NCBI GenBank assembly: GCA_963777155.1
Contig: CAVZPM010000034.1
Span: 25,924-89,923 of the forward strand
Direction: 5' to 3'
Origin: Candidatus Bathyarchaeota archaeon
GTDB taxonomy: Archaea; Thermoproteota; Bathyarchaeia; Bathyarchaeales; Bathycorpusculaceae
DNA: 64,000 bases
The notes under the pieces are model-generated. The model was not told where the DNA came from, searched no databases, and worked only from the letters and a program-made list of their open reading frames with translations. The position numbers were made by a program, and so were the translations under genes. Below, in pieces: positions 61,759 to 64,000 of the stretch; position 1 is the first letter of the stretch, and each line of letters opens with the position of its first letter.

Positions 61759-61896
61759 ATGAACAAAGAAAATCAGCCTCGTTGCATGAACTGCGGAAAC
61801 TTTATCGACGACTGTAAATGCGTGTGCCCTTATTGCGGTGAAACTGCAAAATGCATATGCTGTATAGGACACGATAAGGCAACTGGCGGGGGATAA
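61759..61896 (+). CDS. 45-aa Cys-rich microprotein ending in TGGG, missing from the ORF track
   Basis: MNKENQPRCMNCGNFIDDCKCVCPYCGETAKCICCIGHDKATGGG*; purine-rich AAAAGAGG immediately upstream. Confidence 0.75.
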   Translation: MNKENQPRCMNCGNFIDDCKCVCPYCGETAKCICCIGHDKATGGG

Positions 61897-61933
61897 CTCC
61901 GTCAATAAAGAAGATTTTGAAAAGTGAGACAAA

Positions 61934-64000
<2,067 letters not shown>

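Overview
Archaeal chromosomal window, most consistent with Bathyarchaeia (inference from the PQQ-type surface-protein tails, TrmB, rps10, Rpo5, dph5, RbkR, GGR and AS-AR asparagine synthetase). It is mostly housekeeping and metabolic: cobalamin salvage and Co uptake (cbiZ, NiCoT/UreH-like, cbiM, cobD-cbiB), mre11-rad50, flavin genes (rbkR, ribL), thiolase/DUF35, a 1884-aa DUF4011-SF1 helicase-Vsr-DUF3320 (Hhe-like) protein, tupABC plus modE, hcp, a polar amino-acid ABC transporter, two amt genes, tRNA-Ser(GCT), a tandem ferritin-like protein and a 2-oxoacid:ferredoxin oxidoreductase. I found no CRISPR array, integrase or transposase. Many genes, including rad50, are split by single-base indels, which are most likely long-read consensus errors. 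The most notable observations are: (1) an orphan ~180-aa Rpo5 with a eukaryote-like Rpb5 N-terminal jaw domain; (2) an 18-bp palindromic operator shared between the rbkR/phosphodiesterase divergent promoter and a membrane polyferredoxin-NosD operon 30 kb away; (3) two headless PQQ surface-protein C-terminal cassettes flanking a headless TrmB; (4) unannotated Cys-rich microproteins; (5) a candidate structured RNA at 58.7-58.9 kb. All family assignments come from motif recognition by eye, not database searches.
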